From Burkholderiales bacterium (lineage in GTDB: Bacteria; Pseudomonadota; Gammaproteobacteria; Burkholderiales; SG8-41): DNA of 64,000 bases. The translations under genes were made by a program, and so were the position numbers. Positions 27,250 through 36,663 of the stretch are shown here, in pieces. The notes under the pieces are model-generated. The model was not told the origin of the DNA. It searched no databases and worked only from the letters and a program-made list of their open reading frames with translations. Every line of letters starts with the position of its first letter. The first letter of the stretch is position 1. Location: the NCBI GenBank assembly GCA_019749945.1, contig JAIEPF010000002.1, forward strand, positions 11,914 to 75,913, given 5' to 3'.

Positions 27250-27890
27250 TCAGATTGCACATCCGGCGCGGCCTCCGGCTCGCTGCCGCAGGCATTGCTC
27301 TCGTCACCCTCTGCGCATGCAGTGCGCTGCAGCCGTCGGCGGCGCCGCAGACGTTCTTCTACACGCTGGACGGGCCGGCAATCACCGGGACGGCAGCCGT
27401 CCCCGCCGATGCACCGACATTGACCATCAATACCCCGCACGCCGCCGCCGGTTTTGACAGCCCGCGCATGATTTATATACGCGAAACCCACAAGCTGGAG
27501 CACTTCGCAGGCAGCGCATGGATAGACCCGCCGGCGCGCATGCTGACGCCGCTGCTGGTCGCCGCCATCGAAAACACCGGTGCATTCCGCGCCGTGGTGC
27601 AGAAGCCGGGCACGGCGAGCGGCGAGCTGCGGCTCGACACCGAAATCATCCGGCTGCAACAGGATTTCCGCACCCTGCCGGGTCGCGCGCGCTTCACGCT
27701 GCGCGCATACCTTGTCGAGGAAAAAACACGGCGCGTACTCGCCTGGCGCGAGTTTGATGCGGCTGTTCCGGTGGCGAGCGAAGATCCCCGCGGCAGTGTC
27801 GTGGCGGCAAATCGCGCGGTGCAACTCGTACTCGAAAACCTTGCAATTTTCTGTGCCGGGGAGGCGCGCAGCCTGCAGTTTGCGAAATGA
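27246..27890 (+). CDS. ABC-type transport auxiliary lipoprotein (PqiC/YmbA, DUF330-like)
   Basis: 214 aa. Lipobox LVTLCAC. 4-nt overlap with the MCE gene. Position and size are typical of the auxiliary lipoprotein. Confidence 0.8.
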   Translation: MIRLHIRRGLRLAAAGIALVTLCACSALQPSAAPQTFFYTLDGPAITGTAAVPADAPTLTINTPHAAAGFDSPRMIYIRETHKLEHFAGSAWIDPPARMLTPLLVAAIENTGAFRAVVQKPGTASGELRLDTEIIRLQQDFRTLPGRARFTLRAYLVEEKTRRVLAWREFDAAVPVASEDPRGSVVAANRAVQLVLENLAIFCAGEARSLQFAK

Positions 27891-27930
27891 ACCACAACCC
27901 GTTTTTTCACCAACCTCGGAGACTCCACAA

Positions 27931-28149
27931 ATGAATCCCGTAAAAATGATCGCCATAGTCCTGATCGTGGCCGGCGCCCTTGGCCTGGCCTACGGCGGTT
28001 TCAGTTACACCAAGGAAACCACCGGCGTGAAACTGGGTCCGATCGAACTGAAGGTGCAGGAGAAGGAAAGAGTCAATGTCCCGCTGATCGTCAGTGCCGG
28101 CGCGATCGTGATCGGCGTCATCCTGCTGGTCACCGTCGGGCGCAAATAA
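27931..28149 (+). CDS. Small two-TM membrane protein (72 aa)
   Basis: An internal ATG at 27931 is preceded by GGAGA. MNPVKMIAIVLIVAGALGLAYGG...IVSAGAIVIGVILLVTVGRK. The longer track ORF upstream part is a shadow of the neighbouring gene. Confidence 0.55.
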   Translation: MNPVKMIAIVLIVAGALGLAYGGFSYTKETTGVKLGPIELKVQEKERVNVPLIVSAGAIVIGVILLVTVGRK

Positions 28150-28181
28150 AAAGCCGCTCCACCTGAAACCGGCTGGAGCGG
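28148..28181. terminator. Hairpin between convergent genes (probable terminator)
   Basis: Stem ccgctcca (28154-28161) / tggagcgg (28174-28181), with an A-run on the + side that gives a T-run for the - strand gene ending at 28203. Confidence 0.45.
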
Positions 28182-28202
28182 ACATGCCCTGCTTCAGAAA
28201 AC

Positions 28203-28475
28203 TCAGCGTGCGGGTTCGGGCGGGACAATAATCACGGTGCTGCCGCCGCTTTTCCCGGGCTCACCCGAAGCACCGGTGCTCCCCGTCGCGCCGGTCGCGC
28301 CGGTGTTTCCGGTTGCGCCTTTCTCAGCGGGTGCGCCGGTGGCACCGGTCGCACCTGTCGGGCCGGCCGGACCCGGAGTCGGCACAACCACAGCCGGTGT
28401 CACTACAGTAGGCCGGTCGCAGGCAGTCAATGCCAAGCCTGCGAACAACGCCGGAAACAATATCAAATACTTCAT
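28203..28475 (-). CDS. Small lipoprotein with collagen-like G-X-Y repeats
   Basis: 90 aa. Lipobox GLALTAC, then GPAGPTGATGATGAP-AEK-GATGNTGATGATGSTGASGEPGKSGG (about 15 triplets with one interruption). Confidence 0.6.
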   Translation of the reverse strand: MKYLILFPALFAGLALTACDRPTVVTPAVVVPTPGPAGPTGATGATGAPAEKGATGNTGATGATGSTGASGEPGKSGGSTVIIVPPEPAR

Positions 28476-28661
28476 GGGAATTCCTTTATTTGATTTAACG
28501 AAAACCGACCCGCTGCGGGACGGCAGCTACTTTCGGATGCCCGTCAAGATGCGTTAAATCGTCCCGCAATTCCGTTCGCTGGGACACATAACCCTGCTTC
28601 TGCTGGGCTCGGCAAGACCGGGGAGCGGCGGTATCCTGTAAAACCATGGGTTCATACCCGA

Positions 28662-29630
28662 TCAGCGCCCGCTGCTTCGGGCAGTTCTATATTCAGCGTA
28701 GACATGGGTCAGTTCGGCTCCCATAAAAAAGATCTGGGATGAGTAATACACCCACAGCAGAATCACGACCAAAGAGCCGGCCGCACCAAAACCGGCAGCA
28801 AGCTGGCTGTTGCCCAGATAGAGCCCGATCAGAAATTTCCCCAGGGTAAACAACACGGCGGTAACGGCAGCACCTATGCCGACATCACGCCACGCTATCC
28901 TTGCTTCCGGCAACCACTTGTAGATTGAGGCAAATAACACGAAAACCACAATAAATGAGAACAAGGAGTTGAGCCCCTCGAGCAACCATCCTGTGCCCGT
29001 GAACGAACCGCTCCAGTACTTCTGCAGGGCGGCCAGCACTGCGCTGATTCCGAGCGAAACCAGCAACAGAAATCCGATGGTCAGGATGAGGCCAAAGCTG
29101 AGCAGGCGACCGCGCACGAGGTCAATGATCCCGCTGCGTGCCAGCATTTGTGTTCCCCAGATGACATCAAGGCTGTTTTTCAATTCCGCGAATACGCTGG
29201 TCGCTGCCACCAGCAAGGTGATTCCTGCGATGACGCTTGCCCATAAACCCAGGCCCGAGTTGTACGCCCCCGCGAGAAGGCTCTGTATCGTTTCCGCCCC
29301 GCTCTCGCCCGTCAATCCCTGAAACTGTGCAACCACTTCGCCGCGCGCTGCCTCAGCGCCAAAAACGACACCAGCGATGGCGATTGTGATGACAAGAATG
29401 GGAGCAATCGAGAAAGTGGCATAAAAAGCCAGTGCCGCGCCCATGCTTGCTGCGCGATGTTCTGACCATGCATTGGCTGCGGCTCGGAGCAGACGCATGT
29501 AAACGAGCACACCATCATAAACACGGGAACGCACACAGGCACCGTCACCAGGCACGGCGGCAATACCTGATGGCGCAGCTTCCGGATTCACCATGTTGTG
29601 ACGTCGACTGGAAAGGTTTGTTGTTTTCAC
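28662..29630 (-). CDS. YihY/BrkB (virulence factor BrkB) family membrane protein
   Basis: 322 aa. Six predicted TM segments. ...AAALAFYATFSIAPILVI... and ...YYSSQIFFMGAELTHVY are family-typical. The exact start is uncertain. Confidence 0.85.
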   Translation of the reverse strand: MKTTNLSSRRHNMVNPEAAPSGIAAVPGDGACVRSRVYDGVLVYMRLLRAAANAWSEHRAASMGAALAFYATFSIAPILVITIAIAGVVFGAEAARGEVVAQFQGLTGESGAETIQSLLAGAYNSGLGLWASVIAGITLLVAATSVFAELKNSLDVIWGTQMLARSGIIDLVRGRLLSFGLILTIGFLLLVSLGISAVLAALQKYWSGSFTGTGWLLEGLNSLFSFIVVFVLFASIYKWLPEARIAWRDVGIGAAVTAVLFTLGKFLIGLYLGNSQLAAGFGAAGSLVVILLWVYYSSQIFFMGAELTHVYAEYRTARSSGR

Positions 29631-29644
29631 GGATTACCAACCGG

Positions 29645-31813
29645 TTATGCCACGATCGAATCCAGGTCAGGGCGCTCGGCAAAGCGGTGACTGGTAATGG
29701 CTGCAACCAGGCTTTTGGTGAAAACCTCGTTGACCGACTTGCCCGACGCGGCAATGACGCCCGGCCCCTGAAACTTCCCGTCCGGCGTACCGGCTGAACG
29801 CGCCGCTTTGGCGATCAATGTTGCGCCTTCGTCGCTGGACGCGATGGTTTTTCCATGTTTATAAGCCTCCTTCACGAACAGCACGGCATTGGCGTCGGCA
29901 CTCAGGGCTTCCGCGCTGGTTTTGCCGCCCGGAACAAACACCGCGTCGAACAGCACCGACCCCACAGTAGGCAGGCTGTGATCGACTTTGATCATCTTGC
30001 CTGCCTTGCTTTTGACCTCGCCCAATCGGGTGGCAATCAATTTCATGCCCGCACCCCCCGCTTGTAATGATTTGCGCACCGTATCGATCACCGTGCCATC
30101 AACACCGTCCGCCACCAGCACCGCGACCTTGCGCCCGACGATGGAATCCTTGCGGCTATTGGCCATGCTCAAAGCAGGATCCACGGCAGGTTTGTCGGTG
30201 CGCGGAACTCCCTTTGCTCCGGCAGGCGGCTTCGGAACTGCCATACCCAAACCCTCAGCCACCCGCTGTGCAAGAGTTGCATCAACCTGTGTCAGGTTGG
30301 AAACCATCCGCTCGCGCACTGTGGCAACGGTAAGTTTGGCCAATTCGAAGCAGAACGCCGCAACAATATGATCCTGTTCCCACTTGGCCTGGCTGCGCCA
30401 GAACAGCGCCGCCTGTGAGAAATGGTCGGCGAAACTCTCGCTGCGTACGCGGACCTTTTCACCGTCCATCGGCTGCGCATAACTAACGAAGCCGCCTTGC
30501 TCCCAGGGTCGCTGCATCGGGCAACCGCCGCCCAGGGAGTTGGGTTCATAACTGACCCTGCCTTTGACGATGGTCTGCCGCATCTGGCCGTCACGCTGGT
30601 TGTTATCCACCGCGGCGAGCGGACGGTTGATGGGAATTTCGTGGAAATTGGCACTGCCCAGGCGCGAGAGCTGGGTGTCGGTGTAGGAAAACAGCCGGCC
30701 CTGCAACAGGGGGTCGTTGCTGAAGTCGATGCCAGGCACGAGGTGCCCGGGATGAAACGCCACTTGCTCGGTCTCGGCAAAATAGTTGTCGGTGTTACGG
30801 TTCAGCGTCATCTTGCCGATGATCTGCACCGGCACCAATGACTCGGGAATCAGTTTTGTCGCGTCCAGCAGGTCGAAGTCAAACTTGTGTTCGTCTTTCT
30901 CGGGCACGATCTGCACGCCGAACTCCCATTCCGGGTAAAGGCCCTGGTCTATGGCCTCCCACAAATCGCGCCGGTGGTAATCCGCATCCTTGCCGGCCAG
31001 CTTGACCGCCTCATCCCAGACCAGGGAATGCACGCCGAGCACGGGTTTCCAGTGAAATTTGACGAATGAGGATTTGCCCGCCTCGTCGATGAAGCGGAAG
31101 GTATGCACGCCGAAACCTTCCATGGTCTGCAGGCTGCGTGGAATGGCCCGGTCCGACATGACCCACATCAGGACATGAGTCGTTTCCGGCACCAGAGAAA
31201 TGAAATCCCAAAAAGTATCGTGGGCGGAAGAAGCCTGCGGTATTTCGTTATGCGGTTCCGGCTTGACCGAATGAATGAGATCGGGAAACTTGATCGCATC
31301 CTGAATAAAAAATACCGGAATATTGTTGCCGACCAGATCGAAGTTGCCCTCACCGGTGTAGAACCTCACCGAAAACCCGCGCACATCGCGCGCGGTGTCG
31401 GCTGAGCCGCGGGATCCGGCGACAGTGGAAAAACGTACAAAAACCGGCGTCTTCACCTTGGGATTCTGCAAAAAACCGGCTTTGGTGAATTTGCGCATGG
31501 ACTCGTACACTTCAAATACGCCATGTGCACCGGCGCCGCGTGCATGCACCACGCGCTCTGGAATGCGTTCATGGTCAAAATGCATGATCTTTTCACGCAG
31601 GATGTGGTCTTCCAGCAGTGTTGGCCCGCGCGCACCTCCGCGCAACGAGTTCTGGTTGTCGCTGATGCGCAATCCCTGATTGGTGGTGAGCGTATCGCCC
31701 GGCTCCCGGGCAAGCACTGGCGCTGCCTGTTCGGAACGGTTTGCGGCGGATGGAGACGGGGCGAGACCGGTCAGATTGGCCTCAGCAATTTTACTGACTT
31801 TGGTTTTTGCCAT
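29645..31813 (-). CDS. katE: Large-subunit monofunctional catalase HPII
   Basis: 722 aa from ATG 31813 (Shine-Dalgarno AAGGAGG). Catalase core (RERIPERVVHARGAGAHG, ...RLFSYTDTQ...) plus a C-terminal flavodoxin/DJ-1-like domain. Confidence 0.95.
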   Translation of the reverse strand: MAKTKVSKIAEANLTGLAPSPSAANRSEQAAPVLAREPGDTLTTNQGLRISDNQNSLRGGARGPTLLEDHILREKIMHFDHERIPERVVHARGAGAHGVFEVYESMRKFTKAGFLQNPKVKTPVFVRFSTVAGSRGSADTARDVRGFSVRFYTGEGNFDLVGNNIPVFFIQDAIKFPDLIHSVKPEPHNEIPQASSAHDTFWDFISLVPETTHVLMWVMSDRAIPRSLQTMEGFGVHTFRFIDEAGKSSFVKFHWKPVLGVHSLVWDEAVKLAGKDADYHRRDLWEAIDQGLYPEWEFGVQIVPEKDEHKFDFDLLDATKLIPESLVPVQIIGKMTLNRNTDNYFAETEQVAFHPGHLVPGIDFSNDPLLQGRLFSYTDTQLSRLGSANFHEIPINRPLAAVDNNQRDGQMRQTIVKGRVSYEPNSLGGGCPMQRPWEQGGFVSYAQPMDGEKVRVRSESFADHFSQAALFWRSQAKWEQDHIVAAFCFELAKLTVATVRERMVSNLTQVDATLAQRVAEGLGMAVPKPPAGAKGVPRTDKPAVDPALSMANSRKDSIVGRKVAVLVADGVDGTVIDTVRKSLQAGGAGMKLIATRLGEVKSKAGKMIKVDHSLPTVGSVLFDAVFVPGGKTSAEALSADANAVLFVKEAYKHGKTIASSDEGATLIAKAARSAGTPDGKFQGPGVIAASGKSVNEVFTKSLVAAITSHRFAERPDLDSIVA

Positions 31814-32177
31814 GAATAGCCTCCTTGTGAATCGTGGTTTGTTTGTCAACCGAACCGTGCCCGGGTTTTTGCGGCGCAAAAAAGGCTTGTGCGTTTTTAT
31901 TGGCGGCCGCTTTCACTTGCGAATCCTTGATCGTGATAAAGAATCTGTCTTCTGTCGGCATCAGGGCATAGGTTCGAAAATGCCGGTTGCAGATGAACCA
32001 GACCTCATTACGATCATTGGAAAGTACGAAGTAGGCCTCGCTGGTTTCCGCGGGGCTGTAAACCCCCAGTGCGCGGTATGCCCGAAACGTCGAAAATCCG
32101 CTGTTCAGCGGTAACGGCTTCGGGCCGTTTTCCATTTCCTCGACACGAAGATACAACCCTGATTCAAGAAAAATCAT
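31791..32177 (-). CDS. Hypothetical protein (128 aa), overlaps the katE start by 23 nt
   Basis: The only long ORF in an otherwise empty, visibly less GC-rich ~330-bp gap. Diverse amino-acid composition (…YFVLSNDRNEVWFICNRHFRTYALMPTEDRFFITIKD…). No clear Shine-Dalgarno and no recognisable family. Confidence 0.4.
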   Translation of the reverse strand: MIFLESGLYLRVEEMENGPKPLPLNSGFSTFRAYRALGVYSPAETSEAYFVLSNDRNEVWFICNRHFRTYALMPTEDRFFITIKDSQVKAAANKNAQAFFAPQKPGHGSVDKQTTIHKEAIHGKNQSQ

Positions 32178-32212
32178 TGCTTAAGTCCCGGCCCATTTTC
32201 CTTGCGCACGGC

Positions 32213-33565
32213 TCAACGCTGCGCGCTCACGCGCCAGACTGCATTGCCCACATCGTCAGCCACGAGCAGCGCGCCCTGCCTGTCGAGAGCCACCCCGACT
32301 GGGCGGCCGTAAGCTTTGCCATCCGCGCTGAGAAAACCCGTCAGCACATCCAGCGGGACGTCAGCGGAGGGTTTGCCGTTTTCGAAGGGCACAAAAATCA
32401 CCTTGTAGCCGCTGTGCGGCCGCCGGTTCCACGAGCCGTGCTGGCCGATGAACATGCCATTGGCAAAAGCGGGCGGGAGCATATTACCGGCTGAATGCAC
32501 CAGACCCAGCGGAGCGGTATGGGGACCCAAGGCATAGTCCGGGACAATCGCTTTGGCCACGAGCTCCGGTTGCTGCGGCTGCACGCGCTCATCAATGTGC
32601 TGGCCGTAATAGCTGTATGGCCAGCCGTAGAAACCTCCGTCGCGCACTGAGGTCATGTAATCGGGAACCAGATCGCTGCCCAGCTCGTCCCGCTCATTGA
32701 CCACCGTCCACAGCATTTTGCTGAGTGGTTCCCAGGCGAGGCCGTTCGGGTTGCGCAGACCGGAAGCGAAAATCCGGTGAGTACCGCTCCTGATATCCAC
32801 CTCCCAGATGGCCGCCCGCGCCGCTTCCAGCGCCATGCCGCGTTCGGCCACGTTGCTGTTTGAACCCACAGTCACGTACAGCTTGCTGCCGTCCGGACTG
32901 ACGATGAGATTCTTGGTCCAGTGGTGATTGATCGGGCCTGCCGGCAAAGTCACCACTCTGATGGCCGGCGCCGTAATGCGCGTGTCACCAGCCGCATAGG
33001 GAAAGCGCTGCACTGCATCGGAGTTTGCTACATAAAAATCGTTACCGATCAACGCCATGCCGAAAGGTGAGTTCAACCCCTCCAGCAACACCGATCGAAA
33101 ATCCGCCCGGCCATCGCCATCGGTATCGCGCAGCAGCGTGATGCGATTGGCGCTGGGCACGCCGGCTCCCGCCCTTTTCATCACCACACCCATCAGCCAG
33201 CCCCGGATGCTCCACTCAGCCCCGGGCTTGGGCGGAGCGTTGGTCTCGGCCACCAGCACATCGCCGTTGGGCAGCACATATAGCCAGCGCGGGTGGTCCA
33301 ATCCGTCGGCAAACGCAGCCACTTGTGTGCCCGGCGCCGATTGTGGCGTTGCGCCACCCGGCCAGCCTCTGGCCGGTGCGATATGCACCGTCGGAATCAG
33401 TGTCTGCTGCGGCGGCGGCAGCGCGGGTTGTGCTCCCGTGCCCGCCGAGACCGGCAGCCTGGCAAAATCGCCACAAGCCGTCAGCGCAAGCAGCCCTGCG
33501 CTGATTAAAGCGAAAATCGTGAGCGATGCCGCCTTGGCGTAAACAAAGCGGGGACCGCCTGTCAC
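32213..33565 (-). CDS. PQQ-dependent sugar (glucose/sorbosone) dehydrogenase family protein
   Basis: 450 aa. Signal/lipobox (LALTAC). Beta-propeller GSDH-type motifs (…NPNGLAWEP…, …[12 protein letters not shown]…, …HGSWNR…). Confidence 0.85.
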   Translation of the reverse strand: MTGGPRFVYAKAASLTIFALISAGLLALTACGDFARLPVSAGTGAQPALPPPQQTLIPTVHIAPARGWPGGATPQSAPGTQVAAFADGLDHPRWLYVLPNGDVLVAETNAPPKPGAEWSIRGWLMGVVMKRAGAGVPSANRITLLRDTDGDGRADFRSVLLEGLNSPFGMALIGNDFYVANSDAVQRFPYAAGDTRITAPAIRVVTLPAGPINHHWTKNLIVSPDGSKLYVTVGSNSNVAERGMALEAARAAIWEVDIRSGTHRIFASGLRNPNGLAWEPLSKMLWTVVNERDELGSDLVPDYMTSVRDGGFYGWPYSYYGQHIDERVQPQQPELVAKAIVPDYALGPHTAPLGLVHSAGNMLPPAFANGMFIGQHGSWNRRPHSGYKVIFVPFENGKPSADVPLDVLTGFLSADGKAYGRPVGVALDRQGALLVADDVGNAVWRVSAQR

Positions 33566-33720
33566 AACCGTCCCATCAACAGCAGCACGATGAGCACAAT
33601 AACGACCAACCCCAAACCTCCGCTCGGGCCGTAGCCCCAGCTTTTGCTGTGCGACCAGCCCGGAAAAGCGCCAATCAACAGCAGGATTAATACAACCAGC
33701 AGTATGGTTCCCAGACTCAT
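33562..33720 (-). CDS. DUF3309 family small membrane protein (52 aa)
   Basis: [52 protein letters not shown] matches the DUF3309 pattern. The track ORF N-terminal extension was trimmed. GTGA overlap with the next gene. Confidence 0.7.
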   Translation of the reverse strand: MSLGTILLVVLILLLIGAFPGWSHSKSWGYGPSGGLGLVVIVLIVLLLMGRL

Positions 33721-33847
33721 GGTCTTCACCTTGAAGTTATGTTCAGTAACGTACAGATCCGCCCGAAAAGCCGGGCGATAATTTCGCTGCACCTGCCGCT
33801 TCTTTACCCCTGAGGAAGTTCGGCAGGTCAGAGCCTCCGGCCCATGC

Positions 33848-35872
33848 TCATGACCGGGGGCTCGTTTTTTGCACCGCCGGCGACTGCATCCGCCTGGCAT
33901 CCCGGACCAGTTGTGCGCAATCACTGTCCTGCCCAGGACCGGCATCAATCAGCGGGATCAACGCCAGCAGCGGATTGACCAGGCCCAGAGCGATTGCCCC
34001 CAACCCCCGGGCAGCGATGCGCCCCTTGTCGACTTCGACATCGGGTTTGGCAAGGCTGCCGCGAACATGGATCGGACTGCGCAATGCCAACGGGCTGGTG
34101 TTTTTGGTTTTCTGGTTCAACGTCAGATCGAGTTTCTCCTGGTCCAGATCAATCGTCCCCGTACCAATGATGGTGGTGACCGCAGTGTCGAGCACCAGCG
34201 CATCGGCGTGCATGACGCCCGCCTTGACATCAAAATTGGCAACGCCGCAATGCAGCTTGATCAGCTTGTCGCCGGTCACTTTCAGTTCCAGTATTTCCCA
34301 AATGTGCAAGCCGGCTTTTTCCATCATCAACCTGCTGATTTCACCATTGGCGACAACCAGCCCCACTTTGCCATTGGCAGTCGCCAGCATGCGCCCCACC
34401 GAATTGCCCTTCCCCGCAAAAGTGAAATCGCCGTTAATCTCGCCGATGCTGGTCTGGCTCAGTTCAATTGTCGGAAACATCCGGGCAATGAGAATTTTTC
34501 TCGCCCTTATCCGGGCGTTTGCCTGTACCGGGTCCCGGCGTCCGTCCAGGGAAATCACGGCCTTGAGTTCACCGCCGGCAATGCCGAAATTGAGCGGATC
34601 CAGTGTCAGCACCGAATCACGCAGGCTCAGATGGGTAACCAGGTCTTCGAGCGGCAGTGCCGCCGCATGGCGGATCTTCTTGACTTTCAGCGTGACCTCC
34701 GCATCGACGCTGTCCCAGCGATCGGTCTTGAACGGGAGGTCGGGCAGCACGCGGTTCCGCGCAGATCGGCCTGTGGCCGGCACTGCCGGCTCAGGGGCGA
34801 CGGTGCCGGGGCTTGAACCCGCCACCGGATCCACTGTTGCTTCAACCGCCCGCGCCACGCTGCCGGGTCGCGAACCGATGATCGGCCCCAGGTCTTCGAA
34901 AACAAGAATATTGGAAACCAGATCCGCTTTCATCGCCGGACGTTTGCCCCCGGCATCCACCGTCAGCGTCCCGGCAATATCGCTGTCGCCGATGCGCCCC
35001 GAAAATCTTTCATAACGCCAGGTATCTCCGCTGCGCAGCAAACGCCCCTTGGTGGCGTAAGCGCGCGTTGCCGGAAACACGATGCCGAGCAGCGGATAAA
35101 GCTGATCGAGGCTGTCTCCACGCAGGTCCATACGCATGTCGATGGCAGAGAATTTGAGCAGGCTGGTAATCGTCCCGTCAGCCCTGACACCGGTGCGGCC
35201 GACGATGACGTCGATTTTCAGGGGGTAAGGCATGCTTTCGTCACGCATGGCCAGGACGCCGCCTCCGCTGCCGTTGGCCTTGAGCGGCAGGCCACGGTAT
35301 TGCCCGCGGGCGCTGAAAACCACGCCTGTATCAGTCATGGCGCCCGATTGATGGCTGGTCGACAGTTCGGAGCGGATGCTGGTTTTGGCCCCGGCATCGT
35401 CGTAGCCGAGCATTCCCTGATCCAGCGTCAGCCGGTCAACCCGGATACGCGTACCTTCGTCCTGCTGCTTGAGGTCGAGCAGCCAGTTCTTGCGGCCTTC
35501 GCTGCTTTGCTCCAGATAAACCACCGGCCGCTGCAACCACACTTCGGAAAGCACGAAGTTTTGCCGGATCAGTTGCGGGAAATCAACCGTGATTTCCACC
35601 ATGTCGGCAGTGACCATGTATTTTTCCCTGGCCCAGGCAGGATTGGCGAAAGTCACCATGCCGGCGCGGATGCGGGGCAGCGGCCAGCCAAACTTGATCC
35701 TGAGGTCGCCGTTGATCGCCAGCTCGCGCCCGGTTTTTTCCAGGGTCATGCGCTCAATCGGACCGCGCAGCCAGTTCCAGCCAAAAATTGCGATCAATAA
35801 AACAATCAGCAGGACGGGGGCAAGCAGCAGTCCGGCTGTCCATCTGAAGAAGCGGGCGTGGATCATGACCAT
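33848..35872 (-). CDS. AsmA family outer-membrane biogenesis protein
   Basis: About 674 aa from ATG 35872 (MVMIHARFFRW + TM helix). AsmA N- and C-terminal regions (…LTLDPLNFGIAGGEL…, …CGVANFDVKAGV…). Confidence 0.8.
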   Translation of the reverse strand: MVMIHARFFRWTAGLLLAPVLLIVLLIAIFGWNWLRGPIERMTLEKTGRELAINGDLRIKFGWPLPRIRAGMVTFANPAWAREKYMVTADMVEITVDFPQLIRQNFVLSEVWLQRPVVYLEQSSEGRKNWLLDLKQQDEGTRIRVDRLTLDQGMLGYDDAGAKTSIRSELSTSHQSGAMTDTGVVFSARGQYRGLPLKANGSGGGVLAMRDESMPYPLKIDVIVGRTGVRADGTITSLLKFSAIDMRMDLRGDSLDQLYPLLGIVFPATRAYATKGRLLRSGDTWRYERFSGRIGDSDIAGTLTVDAGGKRPAMKADLVSNILVFEDLGPIIGSRPGSVARAVEATVDPVAGSSPGTVAPEPAVPATGRSARNRVLPDLPFKTDRWDSVDAEVTLKVKKIRHAAALPLEDLVTHLSLRDSVLTLDPLNFGIAGGELKAVISLDGRRDPVQANARIRARKILIARMFPTIELSQTSIGEINGDFTFAGKGNSVGRMLATANGKVGLVVANGEISRLMMEKAGLHIWEILELKVTGDKLIKLHCGVANFDVKAGVMHADALVLDTAVTTIIGTGTIDLDQEKLDLTLNQKTKNTSPLALRSPIHVRGSLAKPDVEVDKGRIAARGLGAIALGLVNPLLALIPLIDAGPGQDSDCAQLVRDARRMQSPAVQKTSPRS

Positions 35873-35885
35873 GCAGCCGGATGGC

Positions 35886-36560
35886 TCACGCCATCGTCGC
35901 AACCGCCAGTCCGGCCTCGTCCTGCAGTTCTTCTTCCGCTGAAGCCCTGGCCAGCTCAAACCGGCGCGCAGCCTCTTCCCAGTTTGCAACCGCCCACCAG
36001 CCTTCCAGATATTCAGGCCGCCGGTTTTGATGCTTAAGATAGTAGGCATGCTCCCAGACATCGTTGACCAGCAGCGGAAAGTGGCCCTGGGTCAGCGGAT
36101 TGTCGTGACCTGTGGTGGTTTCCACCTGCAGTTTCCCGCCGTCCTGCCGGACGCTGACCAGCCAAACCCACCCGGAGCCGAACAGCTTGCCGCCGGCATC
36201 GTTAAAACGAACCTTGAACCCGTCAAAGCTGCCGAAATCACGCCGGATCGCATCGGCCAGCACACCCGACGGTTCTCCTCCGCCTTGCGGCGACATCGCC
36301 CGCCACAACATGCTGTGATTGACATGTCCTCCGGCGTTGTTGTGCACGGCAGTACGCGCCGCTTCGGGTATTTTCCCCCGGTTGCGCAGCAGCCAGGTCG
36401 GGGTGCGCTCCTGCAGTTCCGGAAACTTTTCCAGTGCTGCATTGAGCTTTTCCACATAGGACGCGTGATGCATGTCGTGATGCAGCGTCATGGTGCGCGC
36501 ATCGATATGCGGCTCCAGAGCGGCAGGGCCGTAAGGCAAGGGCGGAAGCATGTGTTTCAT
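35886..36560 (-). CDS. Fe/Mn superoxide dismutase with ~30-aa C-terminal extension
   Basis: LPPLPYGPAALEPHIDARTMTLHHDMHH and DVWEHAYYL metal-ligand motifs. 224 aa, versus about 195 for typical Fe/Mn-SODs. Confidence 0.9.
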   Translation of the reverse strand: MKHMLPPLPYGPAALEPHIDARTMTLHHDMHHASYVEKLNAALEKFPELQERTPTWLLRNRGKIPEAARTAVHNNAGGHVNHSMLWRAMSPQGGGEPSGVLADAIRRDFGSFDGFKVRFNDAGGKLFGSGWVWLVSVRQDGGKLQVETTTGHDNPLTQGHFPLLVNDVWEHAYYLKHQNRRPEYLEGWWAVANWEEAARRFELARASAEEELQDEAGLAVATMA

Positions 36561-36663
36561 CGGGCGGGCTCCTTGGCAGGATGTTTTGGCGTTAGGCCAG
36601 TTGATTGTTTATCCCCGCCCCGGCGCAAGCTGTGCGCTGTCGCACATAGCGCAAAACTGCAGA

